Below, piece by piece: positions 1 through 11,082 of a stretch of 32,000 nt of DNA. Every line of letters begins with the position of its first letter. Position 1 is the stretch's first letter. The position numbers were made by a program, and so were the translations under genes. Origin of the DNA: Psychrobacter sp. HD31 (GTDB taxonomy: Bacteria > Pseudomonadota > Gammaproteobacteria > Pseudomonadales > Moraxellaceae). The stretch is from assembly GCF_051097895.1 (NCBI RefSeq), contig NZ_CP142525.1:750001-782000 (forward strand). The letters are read 5' to 3'. The notes under the pieces were generated by a model. The model saw only the letters and a list, made by a program, of their open reading frames with translations, did no database searches and was not told the origin of the DNA.

Positions 1-1284
1 GTTAGAACCTCCGAAAAAGGTCGTGATTTTGATTTACTCCGTGACCGTGTCATTTTCGTTATCCGAGATAATCAAGGTCGTGTTATTGGTTTTGCAGGAC
101 GTGCATTAGACAATGACGTGAAACCAAAATATATTAACTCTTCAGACTCACCTGTATTTCATAAAAACCATGTGTTATACGGCTACTATGAGTCTAGGCA
201 ACATAGGGCAAATGACTGGTTAGTTGTAGAAGGCTATATGGACGTCATTGCGCTTTACCAAGCGGGTATATATGGTGCCGTTGCTTCTATGGGAACCGCC
301 GTTAACGAGCAGCAAATATCTCGCTTATTAAATTTAAACCCTGTATTAACTTTGTCATTTGATGGCGATGCTGCTGGTCAAAAAGCCGCTTGGAGAACGT
401 TAGAAGTCAGCCTACCGGTTTTAACAGATGATAAATCTTTACGCTTTTTAACACTACCAGACAACCATGATCCAGACACCTATTTAGCTGAACATGGCAA
501 ACAAGCGATGCAACAACAAATCGCCAATGCCGCCCCTTTGTCTCAATATGTGTTTAGTTACTTAAGTTTAAAGCATGACTTGTCAATTGCTGAAGGTAAA
601 GCAAAATTAATGGCCCAGGTGCGCGCGTTAACCAATCAACTACCCAAAGGCAGCAGTTTTAAATATTTATTAAATAATGATATTTATCAGCGTGTTAATG
701 GTAGAAAAATGAGCAATGCCGTCACCCGTGATGTCATGCTCAACTTTACAAGCACGTTAACGCTTAACCTAAACATCTACTTATGTTTACTTTACCAGCC
801 TACGCTTTTAAACACTGAGTGCAACCCCGACCCGATTAAAAGCATATGGCAACGCTCAGGTATTGATAAAATCAAACCTTCAGAAAAAGATGGCAAACGT
901 ATTCATAGCCTTGGGTTTGAGTTACCACCTTTACCAAGTTGGCAAGATTTTAACGATACGAATTTAATTGAGCTGGTTGAAGCCATTAAACTTGTTTCTG
1001 CCAGTTTAACAAACAAAAAAGACATGGACGCCCACTGCATCATGGGCTGTGTTTCTAATGCTTTAAATGAGATATTATCAACCCACTGGGCAGATTTTTA
1101 TCAAGATTTAACTAACCGACAAGTTGACGATGTTGAACCTTTTTTAACCGAATTACTTGTACGACAGCTCGATGCGTGTTTGCTAGCACAACAAAAACAA
1201 CATACTAATATTCTTATTAAAAAAATTACAATGGATAGAAGACAAGCCCTGCTTAAATGGACAAAAACCTTAAATAAAAATTAA
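1..1284 (+). CDS. dnaG: DNA primase DnaG, 5'-truncated at the window edge
   Basis: Frame 1 is open from base 1 (VRTSEKGRDFDLLRDRVIFVIRDNQGRVIGFAGRAL...) and continues into the listed ORF. TOPRIM-type motifs are present (VVEGYMDVIAL, SFDGDAAGQKAA). The gene lies immediately upstream of rpoD, as in the classical rpsU-dnaG-rpoD operon. Confidence 0.93.
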   Translation, partial: VRTSEKGRDFDLLRDRVIFVIRDNQGRVIGFAGRALDNDVKPKYINSSDSPVFHKNHVLYGYYESRQHRANDWLVVEGYMDVIALYQAGIYGAVASMGTAVNEQQISRLLNLNPVLTLSFDGDAAGQKAAWRTLEVSLPVLTDDKSLRFLTLPDNHDPDTYLAEHGKQAMQQQIANAAPLSQYVFSYLSLKHDLSIAEGKAKLMAQVRALTNQLPKGSSFKYLLNNDIYQRVNGRKMSNAVTRDVMLNFTSTLTLNLNIYLCLLYQPTLLNTECNPDPIKSIWQRSGIDKIKPSEKDGKRIHSLGFELPPLPSWQDFNDTNLIELVEAIKLVSASLTNKKDMDAHCIMGCVSNALNEILSTHWADFYQDLTNRQVDDVEPFLTELLVRQLDACLLAQQKQHTNILIKKITMDRRQALLKWTKTLNKN

Positions 1285-1499
1285 TTGCATACAAATGCAT
1301 AATTGATCGTACAAACACTGCTAAGTCAATCTTAAATTAGCGTCTTTAAAAAAACCAAACTATCCCCATATAGTTATTGTCTATATAATAAAATGCGTCT
1401 CTTTCATGCATTTTATACATAACAGTAAGGCGACATAATCCAGCAATTATGTTAAAATATTCTACTGTTTTTTTGAATACAATCTTCTGGTATTTATTT

Positions 1500-3344
1500 A
1501 TGAGCGAAAATTCATCTTCAGCACCACAACAAACCACATCTCAATTAGCAACCTTAATTCAGATGGGTAAAGAGCAAGGTTATTTGACTTACGCCGAAGT
1601 CAATGACCAATTACCTGATTCTATTACCGAAAGCGACCAAATTGAAGACATCATCCAAATGCTGACAGACGTTGGCATTAAAGTATTTGAATCTGCACCA
1701 GATGCGGATGATATTTTATTAAATGATGACTCTAGCGATGACGACATGGCAGCTGATGAAGCCGCTCAAGTTCTTGCTTCGGTAGAAACAGAGCCAGGTC
1801 GCACAACTGATCCTGTTCGTATGTATATGCGTGAAATGGGAACAGTTGATCTGTTAACACGTGAGGGTGAAATTGCCATTGCCAAGCGCATTGAAGAAGG
1901 TATACGAGATGTACAACATGCCATGGCATTTTGGCCAGGTACTGTACAGCTTGTATTAGATGAATATCAAAATGTACTAGACGGTGAAAAAAAGTTATCA
2001 GATGTGATTACTGGCTTTCTTGATGTAGAAGAAGAGCAAGAAGAAAATGCAAAAGAAGCGCCCGTCGAAGAAACTACAGAAGTCGATGATGAAACCGAAG
2101 ATGACGATACTGAAGAAGATGAAAATAACGGGATAGATGTTGAAGAAGTTCAACGTCGTATCGATGAAATCACAAAATTATATGATAAAGCCCAAAAAAG
2201 TCTAGAAAAAAACGGGCGTGATAGTAAAAAAACGCAGACTGCCTACGATGCAATGGCAAGCGAATTTATGCTATTAAAACTAAATAACCGACTGGCAGAA
2301 CAAGTCTTAAATGTGATGCACGACACTTATAATGATGTGCGTAAACTAGAAAGACAAATCACCCGTTTGGTTGTAAGACGTGGACGCATGCCACGCAATG
2401 AATTTAGAAAAACCTTCCCAAACAATGAGACCAATGTTGATTGGCTGCAAACAAGATTAGAAGGCAAACCGGAGTTTGCCGAGCATTTAGCAAAAGTAGT
2501 GGATGATGTCGTACTGTTACAGCGTCGTATCCTAGAGCATGAAGAAAACCTGGCTATGGAAATCCACGACATGAAAGAGGTTGCTCGCCGCATTGCGATT
2601 GGTGAAGCAAAAACTCGCCGTGCTAAAAAAGAAATGGTAGAAGCCAACTTGCGTTTGGTAATCTCAATTGCTAAAAAATACACCAACCGTGGTTTACAGT
2701 TCCTTGATTTAATTCAAGAAGGTAATATCGGTTTGATGAAAGCGGTTGATAAATTTGAATATCGCCGTGGTTATAAGTTTTCTACTTATGCCACTTGGTG
2801 GATTCGCCAAGCAATTACTCGTTCAATTGCCGACCAAGCACGCACCATTCGTATTCCAGTGCATATGATTGAAACCATTAACAAAATTAACCGTGTTTCT
2901 CGTCAGTTGCTACAAGAAATGGGGCGTGAGCCAACACCAGAAGAATTGGGTGAACGCCTAGAAATGGATGAAGTAAAAGTCCGTAAAGTACTAAAAATTG
3001 CCAAAGAACCAATTTCAATGGAAACCCCAATCGGTGATGATGAAGACTCTCACCTAGGTGACTTTATTGAAGACAGTACCATCTCTAGCCCTGTAGAAGA
3101 TGCAACCGCAGCAGGATTAAGAGAAGCAACAAAAGATGTGCTAGACAACTTAACTGAAAGAGAAGCCAAAGTACTTAAAATGCGATTTGGTATTGATATG
3201 TCAACTGATCATACCCTAGAAGAAGTTGGCAAGCAGTTTGATGTTACTCGTGAGCGTATTCGTCAAATTGAAGCAAAAGCATTACGTAAACTACGCCACC
3301 CTTCTCGTTCAGAACATTTACGTTCATTCCTTGAGAATGATTAA
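1500..3344 (+). CDS. rpoD: RNA polymerase sigma factor RpoD (sigma-70)
   Basis: It has an acidic non-conserved insert and near-invariant regions 2-4 ([73 protein letters not shown]; [33 protein letters not shown]). I placed the start at ATG 1500 (MSENSSS...). The 17 upstream codons of the ORF are hydrophobic and not RpoD-like. Confidence 0.95.
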   Translation: MSENSSSAPQQTTSQLATLIQMGKEQGYLTYAEVNDQLPDSITESDQIEDIIQMLTDVGIKVFESAPDADDILLNDDSSDDDMAADEAAQVLASVETEPGRTTDPVRMYMREMGTVDLLTREGEIAIAKRIEEGIRDVQHAMAFWPGTVQLVLDEYQNVLDGEKKLSDVITGFLDVEEEQEENAKEAPVEETTEVDDETEDDDTEEDENNGIDVEEVQRRIDEITKLYDKAQKSLEKNGRDSKKTQTAYDAMASEFMLLKLNNRLAEQVLNVMHDTYNDVRKLERQITRLVVRRGRMPRNEFRKTFPNNETNVDWLQTRLEGKPEFAEHLAKVVDDVVLLQRRILEHEENLAMEIHDMKEVARRIAIGEAKTRRAKKEMVEANLRLVISIAKKYTNRGLQFLDLIQEGNIGLMKAVDKFEYRRGYKFSTYATWWIRQAITRSIADQARTIRIPVHMIETINKINRVSRQLLQEMGREPTPEELGERLEMDEVKVRKVLKIAKEPISMETPIGDDEDSHLGDFIEDSTISSPVEDATAAGLREATKDVLDNLTEREAKVLKMRFGIDMSTDHTLEEVGKQFDVTRERIRQIEAKALRKLRHPSRSEHLRSFLEND

Positions 3345-3368
3345 ACCATACTTATTACATCATCAATC

Positions 3369-3392
3369 AAGGTGGGTATATCCCACCTTTTT
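3369..3392 (+). terminator. Rho-independent terminator after rpoD
   Basis: The stem is aaggtggg / cccacctt with a tatat loop, followed by a T5 run 25 nt after the rpoD stop. Confidence 0.7.
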
Positions 3393-3431
3393 AGTAATAA
3401 ACCTTAACGTTATGTATTATGAGCCACAATC

Positions 3432-3773
3432 ATGAGTAAAAACCCTCTTAACGTATCTGCCTTAGATGCCAAACTTAAAACAGGCATGGGTAAAAAAACA
3501 GACATCCAAAATCCAGAGTTATGGAACTTCCCTATGGACTACCCTATGAGTATTATCGGGCATGAGGGGATGCATGAAGCACTGGTAAATGAAGTTAAAA
3601 TGATACTGTCAGAACAGTTTCCTGACTTTGATTTAGCAACTTTGCAAGTAAAGCCGTCTAAAACCGGTAGATTTTATTCGTTACGCTGCCAACTACATTT
3701 GACTAAAGCAGAGCAAGTAAATGCACTTTATGCTGCGTTAGATGCAGCAAAGTCTGTACGTTTGGTGTTATAA
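3432..3773 (+). CDS. ybeD: YbeD-like DUF493 family protein
   Basis: The 113-aa product resembles E. coli YbeD in its pattern (FPMDYPMSIIG..., VKPSKTGRFYSL, EQVNALYAALD...VRLVL compared with FPTPFTYKVMG..., VKPSSKGNYHSV, EQVETLYEEL...VRMVL). Confidence 0.75.
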   Translation: MSKNPLNVSALDAKLKTGMGKKTDIQNPELWNFPMDYPMSIIGHEGMHEALVNEVKMILSEQFPDFDLATLQVKPSKTGRFYSLRCQLHLTKAEQVNALYAALDAAKSVRLVL

Positions 3774-3795
3774 GCTTTTTATAAATGTGATATTT

Positions 3796-3830
3796 AAACG
3801 CTGTTATGACGCTACATAACAGCGTTTTTT
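3796..3830 (+). terminator. Rho-independent terminator after the ybeD-like gene
   Basis: A 13-bp stem aaacgctgttatg / cataacagcgttt with a 6-nt loop runs into a T6 tract. Confidence 0.8.
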
Positions 3831-3987
3831 ATGGACAAAATTTTTACTAATAATGTCTCATAAAAATTCATCATTTTGTAATATTTTCTTTCATTTCTCT
3901 GTAATCGGCATGGCTTAAAGCCTTACTGTTTTTTAAGCTAAAAAAACACACTTCTTATAAAAAATCAAGCTAGTAAATAATAAAAAA

Positions 3988-4035
3988 ATCCGCTATATTG
4001 TGCTTTGATATTAAGAAACACCCCATATATAGTAT
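3988..4035. promoter_or_regulatory. Two candidate NrdR boxes upstream of nrdA
   Basis: The 16-mers atccgctatattgtgc (3988-4003) and accccatatatagtat (4020-4035) match the NrdR palindrome as I recall it (acaCwAtATaTwgtgt) at 11/16 and 13/16. Their centres are 32 bp apart, about 120-160 bp upstream of the nrdA start. Confidence 0.5.
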
Positions 4036-4154
4036 ATAAATCTCACTGGCACGCATATGCAAATATGCGCTATTTGTAAAAAAATCACTTAAAATCATAC
4101 AGCTAGTTAAGATTTATAGTTTTATAAAATTAGATTTAGATGATGGAGCACTGC

Positions 4155-6431
4155 ATGACACATATTGATAATATTCTAGTGACAAAACGAGATGGTAGAA
4201 AAGAACCGATTGACTTAGATAAAATTCATAAAGTAGTCATGTGGGCAGCAGAAGGTTTAGATGATGTTTCTGTTTCTCAAGTAGAGCTAAAATCACACAT
4301 CCAATTTTATGATGGTATTAAAAGTTCTGACATCCATGAGACCATCATCAAATCTGCGGCAGATTTAATTTCTGAAAATACACCCGATTATCAATATCTA
4401 GCGGCACGTTTGGCAATCTTCCATTTACGTAAAATTGCTTATGGTCAATTTGAGCCACCGCATTTACTTGATCATGTCAAAAAACTGACTCAAGATGGTC
4501 GTTATGATACACATATTTTAGAAGACTATAGCGCAATAGAATTTGAAGAGCTAAATAACTATATTGACCATTGGCGTGATATGAACCTTGCGTATGCCGC
4601 TGTTGAGCAAATGTCTGGTAAATATCTTGTGCAAGACCGGACAACCAAAAAAGTGTTTGAAAGCCCACAAATGCTATATGTATTAGTTGGCATGTGTTTG
4701 TTTGCAAACTACGACAAAGCCACACGCCTTGACTATGTTAAACGCTTTTATGATGCCACCTCAAACTTCCGTATTTCATTACCAACGCCAATTATGGCAG
4801 GGGTACGTACCCCATCTCGCCAATTTAGTTCTTGTGTATTGATTGAATGTGATGACAGCTTAGACTCAATTAACGCAACCACCAGTGCCATTGTACGCTA
4901 TGTATCACAACGTGCTGGTATTGGTGTTAATGCTGGTCGCATACGTGCACTTGGTAGCCCAATCCGTAATGGTGAGGCTCAGCATACTGGCTGTATTCCA
5001 TTTTATAAGCTATTCCAAACGGCCGTTAAATGCTGTTCTCAAGGTGGTGTACGAGGCGGTGCAGCAACCTTATTCTATCCATTATGGCACTTAGAGGTTG
5101 AGTCTTTATTAGTCCTTAAAAACAATCGAGGTGTTGAAGACAACCGTGTACGCCATATGGACTATGGTGTGCAAATCAACAAAACTTTATATACGCGTTT
5201 AGTGAAAGGTCAAGACGTTACGTTATTTTCACCTTCTGATGTACCAGGGTTGTACGATGCGTTTTTTGCAGATCAAGACGAGTTTGAACGCTTATATACA
5301 CAGTATGAACAAGATGAAAACATTCGTAAACGTACGATGTCTGCCTCTGAGCTATTTAGCCTTATGATGCAAGAACGTGCAAGCACGGGTCGTATTTATA
5401 TCCAAAACGTTGACCACTGTAATACGCATAGCCCATTTGACCCAGCTGTCGCGCCTATCCGCCAGTCTAACCTATGCATGGAAATTGCATTGCCCACCAA
5501 ACCATTAGACAACATTAATGATGAAAATGGTGAAATTGCTTTATGCACTTTGTCAGCAGTTAACCTTGGAAAAGTAGAAGATGTCAAAGACATTGAAGAA
5601 CCTGCCGAGCTGATTGTGCGTGCGTTAGATGCCCTACTTGATTACCAAGACTACCCTGTTATTGCTGCAAAAAATGGCAGTATGAATCGCCGAACCCTTG
5701 GTGTTGGCGTGATTAACTATGCCTATTACTTAGCAAAAAATGGTACAAAATATTCTGATGAAAAAGCACTGGGACTGACACATAAAACATTTGAAGCCCT
5801 ACAGTACTATTTACTAAAAGCTTCTAACAAACTGGCACAAGAGCAAGGTGCCTGCCCATCATTTAATGAAACCACTTATTCGCAAGGCATCTTACCTATT
5901 GATACTTATAAATCAGATTTAGATGGTCTTTGCAATGAGCCCCTACATTTAGATTGGGAAGCATTAAGAAGCGATATTAAACTGCATGGACTACGCAATT
6001 CAACGTTATCATCGCTTATGCCATCAGAGACCTCCAGCCAAATTGCAAATGCAACCAATGGTATTGAGCCACCGCGTGGTTTGGTTTCGGTAAAAGCATC
6101 AAAAGATGGCATCTTAAAACAAGTCGTGCCAGAAATAACCAAACTTAAAAACCAGTATGAGTTACTTTGGCAAATGCCTAATAATGATGGCTACTTAAAA
6201 CTTGTTGCCATCATGCAAAAATTTATCGATCAAAGTATTTCCGCCAATACTAACTATGACCCTACTCGCTTTGAGGGTCAACGAGTGCCGATGAAAATAC
6301 TACTTAAAGACTTGTTAACCGCCTATAAACTAGGCATCAAAACCTTGTACTACCACAATACACGTGATGGTGCTAACGATGCCCAATCAGATATGGACGA
6401 TGGCTGCGAAGGCGGTGCATGTAAGCTATAA
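4155..6431 (+). CDS. nrdA: Class Ia ribonucleotide reductase alpha subunit NrdA
   Basis: The product is co-linear with E. coli NrdA and highly similar throughout (VTKRDGRKEPIDLDKIHKV, SSCVLIECDDSLDSINAT, NLCMEIALPT, C-terminal DDGCEGGACKL). ATG 4155 is preferred because GGAG at 4145-4148 lies 6 nt upstream. ATG 4140 is an in-frame alternative. Confidence 0.95.
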   Translation: MTHIDNILVTKRDGRKEPIDLDKIHKVVMWAAEGLDDVSVSQVELKSHIQFYDGIKSSDIHETIIKSAADLISENTPDYQYLAARLAIFHLRKIAYGQFEPPHLLDHVKKLTQDGRYDTHILEDYSAIEFEELNNYIDHWRDMNLAYAAVEQMSGKYLVQDRTTKKVFESPQMLYVLVGMCLFANYDKATRLDYVKRFYDATSNFRISLPTPIMAGVRTPSRQFSSCVLIECDDSLDSINATTSAIVRYVSQRAGIGVNAGRIRALGSPIRNGEAQHTGCIPFYKLFQTAVKCCSQGGVRGGAATLFYPLWHLEVESLLVLKNNRGVEDNRVRHMDYGVQINKTLYTRLVKGQDVTLFSPSDVPGLYDAFFADQDEFERLYTQYEQDENIRKRTMSASELFSLMMQERASTGRIYIQNVDHCNTHSPFDPAVAPIRQSNLCMEIALPTKPLDNINDENGEIALCTLSAVNLGKVEDVKDIEEPAELIVRALDALLDYQDYPVIAAKNGSMNRRTLGVGVINYAYYLAKNGTKYSDEKALGLTHKTFEALQYYLLKASNKLAQEQGACPSFNETTYSQGILPIDTYKSDLDGLCNEPLHLDWEALRSDIKLHGLRNSTLSSLMPSETSSQIANATNGIEPPRGLVSVKASKDGILKQVVPEITKLKNQYELLWQMPNNDGYLKLVAIMQKFIDQSISANTNYDPTRFEGQRVPMKILLKDLLTAYKLGIKTLYYHNTRDGANDAQSDMDDGCEGGACKL

Positions 6432-6558
6432 ATCCTATTAGGTGAAAGGTAGTTCACATAACTAATGTTATGTTAAATACCATACAGTTAAATAAAATCA
6501 TATCCACGTAAAACTTTATAAGTGATAAAAAGTTTATATATTGGAAGGTAAAAATATA

Positions 6559-7692
6559 ATGACATACTCAATTTTTTGTCAAACTAAAAATAATCCCTTA
6601 ACTGAGCCCATGTTTTTTGGTCAACCAGTAAACGTCGCACGTTATGACCAGCAAAAACATCCCGTTTTTGAGCAGCTGATTGAAAAACAATTGTCATTTT
6701 TTTGGCGACCAGAAGAAGTGGATGTTTCTCGTGACCGTATTGATTACTCAAATCTGTCTGTGCATGAGCAGCACATATTTATTAGTAACTTAAAATATCA
6801 AACCCTGCTCGACTCTATCCAAGGTCGTAGCCCTAATGTGGTGTTACTACCTTTGGTGTCTATCCCCGAGTTAGAAACATGGATTGAAACATGGTCTTTT
6901 TCTGAAACCATTCACTCGCGCAGTTATACTCACATCATCAGAAACATTGTCAACAAACCTGGGCAAGTTTTTGATGACATTATGGAAAATGAAGAAATTT
7001 TAAAACGTGCGACAGACATCGCCCATTATTATGATGACTTATATCAAAGCTCACAAGTATATAGCTTATATGGTGAAGGCATTCATACAGTAGATGGCAA
7101 CCAAATTGATGCCCGCTTACCTACACTAAAACGCAAATTATATTTGTGCTTAATGTCTATCAATGTATTAGAAGCCATCCGCTTTTATGTATCTTTTGCC
7201 TGCTCTTTTGCCTTTGCCGAACGCAAACTCATGGAAGGGAATGCAAAAATTATTAAGTTAATTGCACGTGATGAAGCATTACATCTGACCAGCACTCAAC
7301 ACATGCTTAATTTAATGCGCACCGGCAAAGATGATCCAGAAATGGCAGAAATTGCCGAACAGTGCCATAACGAATGTATTGAAATTTTTAGAGTCGCTGC
7401 TGAGCAAGAAAAAGATTGGGCAAGATACTTGTTTAAAGATGGCTCAATGATTGGCATGAATGAAAATATTTTATGCCAATATGTAGAATATATCACCAAC
7501 TTACGTATGGAAGCCGTTGGCTTACCTGCCATCTTCCCAGAAGCAAAATCCAACCCTATTCCATGGATTAATACTTGGTTATCTTCTGATAATGTGCAGG
7601 TTGCCCCTCAAGAAACAGAAATAAGCTCTTATCTAGTTGGACAAATTGATGCCGACCTATCTGATAGCGACTTTGATGATTTTGAACTTTAA
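6559..7692 (+). CDS. nrdB: Class Ia ribonucleotide reductase beta subunit NrdB
   Basis: [33 protein letters not shown]... parallels the E. coli NrdB N-terminus. The di-iron and tyrosyl-radical region [13 protein letters not shown] and ARDEALH are present. The listed ORF's TTG at 6541 adds 6 non-homologous residues. Confidence 0.95.
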   Translation: MTYSIFCQTKNNPLTEPMFFGQPVNVARYDQQKHPVFEQLIEKQLSFFWRPEEVDVSRDRIDYSNLSVHEQHIFISNLKYQTLLDSIQGRSPNVVLLPLVSIPELETWIETWSFSETIHSRSYTHIIRNIVNKPGQVFDDIMENEEILKRATDIAHYYDDLYQSSQVYSLYGEGIHTVDGNQIDARLPTLKRKLYLCLMSINVLEAIRFYVSFACSFAFAERKLMEGNAKIIKLIARDEALHLTSTQHMLNLMRTGKDDPEMAEIAEQCHNECIEIFRVAAEQEKDWARYLFKDGSMIGMNENILCQYVEYITNLRMEAVGLPAIFPEAKSNPIPWINTWLSSDNVQVAPQETEISSYLVGQIDADLSDSDFDDFEL

Positions 7693-7730
7693 TGGTGACA
7701 CAATAAAAATAGACAAAGAACATCACCAAT

Positions 7731-7751
7731 AAGGCTGGGAAATCCAGCCTT
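7731..7751 (+). other. Intergenic hairpin between nrdB and yfaE
   Basis: The stem is aaggctgg / ccagcctt with a gaaat loop. No clean T tract follows (tcgttgtc), so it is more likely an attenuating or stabilising hairpin than a full terminator. Confidence 0.3.
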
Positions 7752-7786
7752 CGTTGTCTAAGTAATAAAGTGGAATACGCAAACAT

Positions 7787-8038
7787 ATGACTTGGGTCAT
7801 TACAAAACAACAAAAATTTTATTTACATGAAGATGAAAGCTTGCTCGAAGGGCTAATAAGAACGGGGCATGACATCGAGTACCAGTGTAAAGAAGGCTAT
7901 TGTGGTAGTTGTCGAACACGAGTCATATCAAACAATCATGCTATTGATTATGAGAAAGAGCCATTAGCTCTCATTAATGAAGATGAAATACTGCCATGCT
8001 GCTGTAAAATAAAAGGACAAATTAAATTGGACTTATAG
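7787..8038 (+). CDS. yfaE: YfaE-type [2Fe-2S] ferredoxin (NrdB cofactor maintenance)
   Basis: The 83-aa product carries YQCKEGYCGSCRT...ILPCCC, matching E. coli YfaE (YQCREGYCGSCRT...ILPCCC). Its position directly after nrdAB is conserved. Confidence 0.88.
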   Translation: MTWVITKQQKFYLHEDESLLEGLIRTGHDIEYQCKEGYCGSCRTRVISNNHAIDYEKEPLALINEDEILPCCCKIKGQIKLDL

Positions 8039-8064
8039 CAACCAGTTTTGTAAGTAAAATTAGG

Positions 8065-9321
8065 TTAAGGAGTCAAATTAGGATTAAAATAAACACCCGT
8101 TGATATCCTAGATTTTAAGACAGATAAAGCCATTTTTTCCCAATCTTGACTATTGTCATTAACACCCTTAGTACCAAACTCAATATCTGGTACAACACCC
8201 ACGCCATCAATTTCCTTACCATTTGCTTGCAAATAATGCGCAACCGTCAGCTTAACCGCATTGCTTTCATCAAGCTGTATTACCGATTGGATAGAACCTT
8301 TGCCATAGCTTCTTTCTCCAACAACAAATGCGATGTTTTGATTTTTCAAACTACTTACTAACACTTCACTCGCTGAAGCAGAAAATCTATTTTGTAACAC
8401 AACAACAGGAATACCTTTTAAGATACTTGGATTTGCCTCATCACTGACAGAAGTAATCACCTGCTGGATACCGTATCTATCTTCAACTTGTACAATGGTG
8501 CCTGAATCCTGAAATAAGCTTGCAACCTCCACTGCCGAGTCTAGCAAACCACCCGGATTATCTCTTACGTCTAAAACGATACCATAAACGGGTTCATTCA
8601 GCACCATCAGCCCATCTAAAATTTCTTGGCGTGTTGTGCTTTCAAAGGCAGGTATATTAATTAAAGCCATATTATCCACATAACTGACTTTAACCGAAGC
8701 TTGTTCTACTTCATTGCGTTGTAAGGTCACCCGACGTTTTTGACGACCTTGCTTTGATACAATCACATCAATTTGCGACCCAGCAATACCTTTTAGCAGT
8801 TGCTGTACTTGATGCTTTGTAAATGCATTACTCAGCTCAATGTCATCTATTTGCTGTAAGTAATCACCAATGTTTATGTCTGCTTTATCTGCAGATGAAT
8901 TATCCTCAACATCAACGACAACCCATCTATTGTGCTGAAGTTGATACTCTACATCTAACCCAACTTGCGCTAGTTCACCCTCTGTAAAAGCACGCAAATT
9001 ATCATAGCTACGCGCATCTAAAAACTCAGCATGCGAGTCAAGCCGTTTTAGCATGCCGGCAATGGCATCTTTAAATAACTCTTCATCATCCACTTGCTCG
9101 TAATATTCTTTACGTACTAAGTCAATAACGCTAACAAAGGTTTTTAATGTTTCTGGCGAAATAGAATTTAATGTGACCTGTTCGGCATTTTTTGTATGTA
9201 TGGTTAAATCAGCTTCAATGGCATGGCTTGAACCAGAAAACAGCACAATAGCAGAAAGAACTAATCTCTTAAGCGGATTAATTTTATTTTTTGAGCAAGC
9301 TTTGTCGGTTAAAAATAACAT
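8065..9321 (-). CDS. ctpA: S41-family carboxy-terminal processing protease (Ctp/Prc-like), secreted
   Basis: An N-terminal signal peptide is present (LVLSAIVLFSGSSHA/IEA). A PDZ-like middle region is followed by S41 catalytic motifs NRFSASASEVL and GERSYGKGSIQ. Confidence 0.85.
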   Translation of the reverse strand: MLFLTDKACSKNKINPLKRLVLSAIVLFSGSSHAIEADLTIHTKNAEQVTLNSISPETLKTFVSVIDLVRKEYYEQVDDEELFKDAIAGMLKRLDSHAEFLDARSYDNLRAFTEGELAQVGLDVEYQLQHNRWVVVDVEDNSSADKADINIGDYLQQIDDIELSNAFTKHQVQQLLKGIAGSQIDVIVSKQGRQKRRVTLQRNEVEQASVKVSYVDNMALINIPAFESTTRQEILDGLMVLNEPVYGIVLDVRDNPGGLLDSAVEVASLFQDSGTIVQVEDRYGIQQVITSVSDEANPSILKGIPVVVLQNRFSASASEVLVSSLKNQNIAFVVGERSYGKGSIQSVIQLDESNAVKLTVAHYLQANGKEIDGVGVVPDIEFGTKGVNDNSQDWEKMALSVLKSRISTGVYFNPNLTP

Positions 9322-9345
9322 AATTTAAAAGTTGCCAGCTAAATT

Positions 9346-10926
9346 TTATTTGTCTACTAAAAGATTGATGCCTGTCATCTCGGTAGGTTTTTTTATACCC
9401 ATTAAACTTAAAAATGTTGGGGCAAGATCTGATAATTTACCGCCTTCTCTCACCATCACTTGTTTATCACCAACATAAATACATGGGACGGGTTGCGTAG
9501 TGTGCTGAGTATGCACTTGCCCACTTTCTAGGTCTAACATTTGTTCGCAATTACCATGGTCAGCGGTAATTATCATGTGACCACTAGCATTTTTAATAGC
9601 TTCATGAATGATACCAATGCAATCATCTAAAGTTTCTACTGCTTTAACCGCTGCTTCAAAAACACCCGTATGCCCGACCATATCACCATTAGCAAAGTTA
9701 ACAACTAAAAAATCAAACTCGCCAGATTCAATGGCCACTTTTAGCTTTTCTGCTACTTCATAAGCACTCATTTCTGGTTTTAGGTCATAAGTTTTAACAT
9801 CTGGAGAAGGCACTAAAATTCGAGTTTCACCTTGGTACTCTTCTTCTCGTCCGCCACTAAAAAAGAAGGTCACATGAGCATATTTTTCGGTTTCTGCAAT
9901 ACGCAGTTGAGTTTTATTATTATTTTGTAGATACTCTCCCATGGTGTTAATCAGCTCGGTTGGTTTATAAGCCACCGTCGTTAACGCAACGTCATTAAGA
10001 TCATCAGAATATTTTGTCATCATAACAAAGGCTGATAAATCAACTTGTTCTTCTCTGTCAAATCCATCAAAATCGTTATAAACAAATGCTTGTGATAGCT
10101 CTCTTGCTCTATCAGATCTAAAGTTCATAAAGATGATGGCGTCACCATCTTGCACTTTTACTGCGGCTTCATTTTCATTAGTAATGCTTGTTGGGCTAAC
10201 AAACTCATCGGTTTCATCTACATTATACGCAGCATTTAACGCATCGATAGGGTTACTAAAAGAACGATCTGCTCTGCCATTAACAATCAGCTCATAAGCT
10301 TGTTGTACACGCTCCCAACGGTTATCTCTATCCATTGCAAAATAACGACCACACATCGAAGCAATTTGAACATGGCTAGCATATTTTTCATTTAGCGTCT
10401 CAACACAATCCATTAATTTTGCTAAATATTTTTCTGCCGATTTTGGCGGTGTATCTCTACCATCTAAAAAACAATGCACATATATTTTTTTAGCACCTTG
10501 TTTTGCTGCGCTTAAGCACATCGCCTCAATATGATCTTGATGCGCATGTACACCCCCGTCTGATAATAACCCAAGGATATGCACACTGGCTTCTTTTTGT
10601 TTAGCAGCCTGAACCGCGTTAACTAACACCTCATTTTCAAAAAAATCTTGATTACGGATTTCTATAGAAATTCTGGTAGAATCTTGAAATAAAACACGCC
10701 CAGCACCAATGTTCATATGCCCTACTTCTGAGTTACCAAACTGCCCTTCTGGTAAGCCCACATCTTCACTAGATGCAGAAATAAGTCCATTAGGATAATT
10801 TTGCTTAATGGCATCTAAATTTGGGGTATTGGCAATTGTTATCGCATTATCTGGGGCATCTTGGCGAGTGCCAAAACCATCTAAAATCATTAACAAGTGG
10901 GGTGTTTTTTTGTTGGTCGTCATCAT
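9346..10926 (-). CDS. gpmI: 2,3-bisphosphoglycerate-independent phosphoglycerate mutase
   Basis: The family signature is present throughout ([30 protein letters not shown]). The start is taken at the ATGATG pair (10926/10923). The ORF track's TTG at 10947 adds 7 residues with no support. Confidence 0.92.
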   Translation of the reverse strand: MMTTNKKTPHLLMILDGFGTRQDAPDNAITIANTPNLDAIKQNYPNGLISASSEDVGLPEGQFGNSEVGHMNIGAGRVLFQDSTRISIEIRNQDFFENEVLVNAVQAAKQKEASVHILGLLSDGGVHAHQDHIEAMCLSAAKQGAKKIYVHCFLDGRDTPPKSAEKYLAKLMDCVETLNEKYASHVQIASMCGRYFAMDRDNRWERVQQAYELIVNGRADRSFSNPIDALNAAYNVDETDEFVSPTSITNENEAAVKVQDGDAIIFMNFRSDRARELSQAFVYNDFDGFDREEQVDLSAFVMMTKYSDDLNDVALTTVAYKPTELINTMGEYLQNNNKTQLRIAETEKYAHVTFFFSGGREEEYQGETRILVPSPDVKTYDLKPEMSAYEVAEKLKVAIESGEFDFLVVNFANGDMVGHTGVFEAAVKAVETLDDCIGIIHEAIKNASGHMIITADHGNCEQMLDLESGQVHTQHTTQPVPCIYVGDKQVMVREGGKLSDLAPTFLSLMGIKKPTEMTGINLLVDK

Positions 10927-11047
10927 AAAAACTCGAAAAAAAGGCAAATTAAATGAAATCGGTTCTTATTTTATCATAAATCTACTTGTTTTTAATGACT
11001 TGATAACAGATATAAACAATATAACACGCAAACCATAAATAAGTTTC

Positions 11048-11076
11048 TTGCTAAGAGAGTATAAATTGGTTAATAT
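11048..11076 (+). promoter_or_regulatory. Sigma-70 promoter for 6S RNA
   Basis: The -35 is TTGCTA (11048-11053), the spacer is 17 nt, and the -10 is TAATAT (11071-11076). The predicted start is about 11083, which coincides with the 6S 5' end inferred by homology. Confidence 0.55.
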
Positions 11077-11082
11077 AAAACT

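Noticed and set aside
1449-1499. A 17-codon N-terminal extension of the rpoD ORF ([17 protein letters not shown]).
   Set aside because: It is hydrophobic and unlike any RpoD N-terminus. Homologous sequence begins at the MSENSSS start at 1500.
1346-2686. Antisense ORFs inside or abutting rpoD (1346-1537, 1732-1929, 2327-2686).
   Set aside because: They lie opposite a strongly conserved CDS, have no RBS or family resemblance, and are typical shadow ORFs. The same applies to the antisense or out-of-frame ORFs listed within nrdA, nrdB, ctpA, hcp, epmB, efp, dgt, ycfH, trmO, EEP, asd and dgkA.
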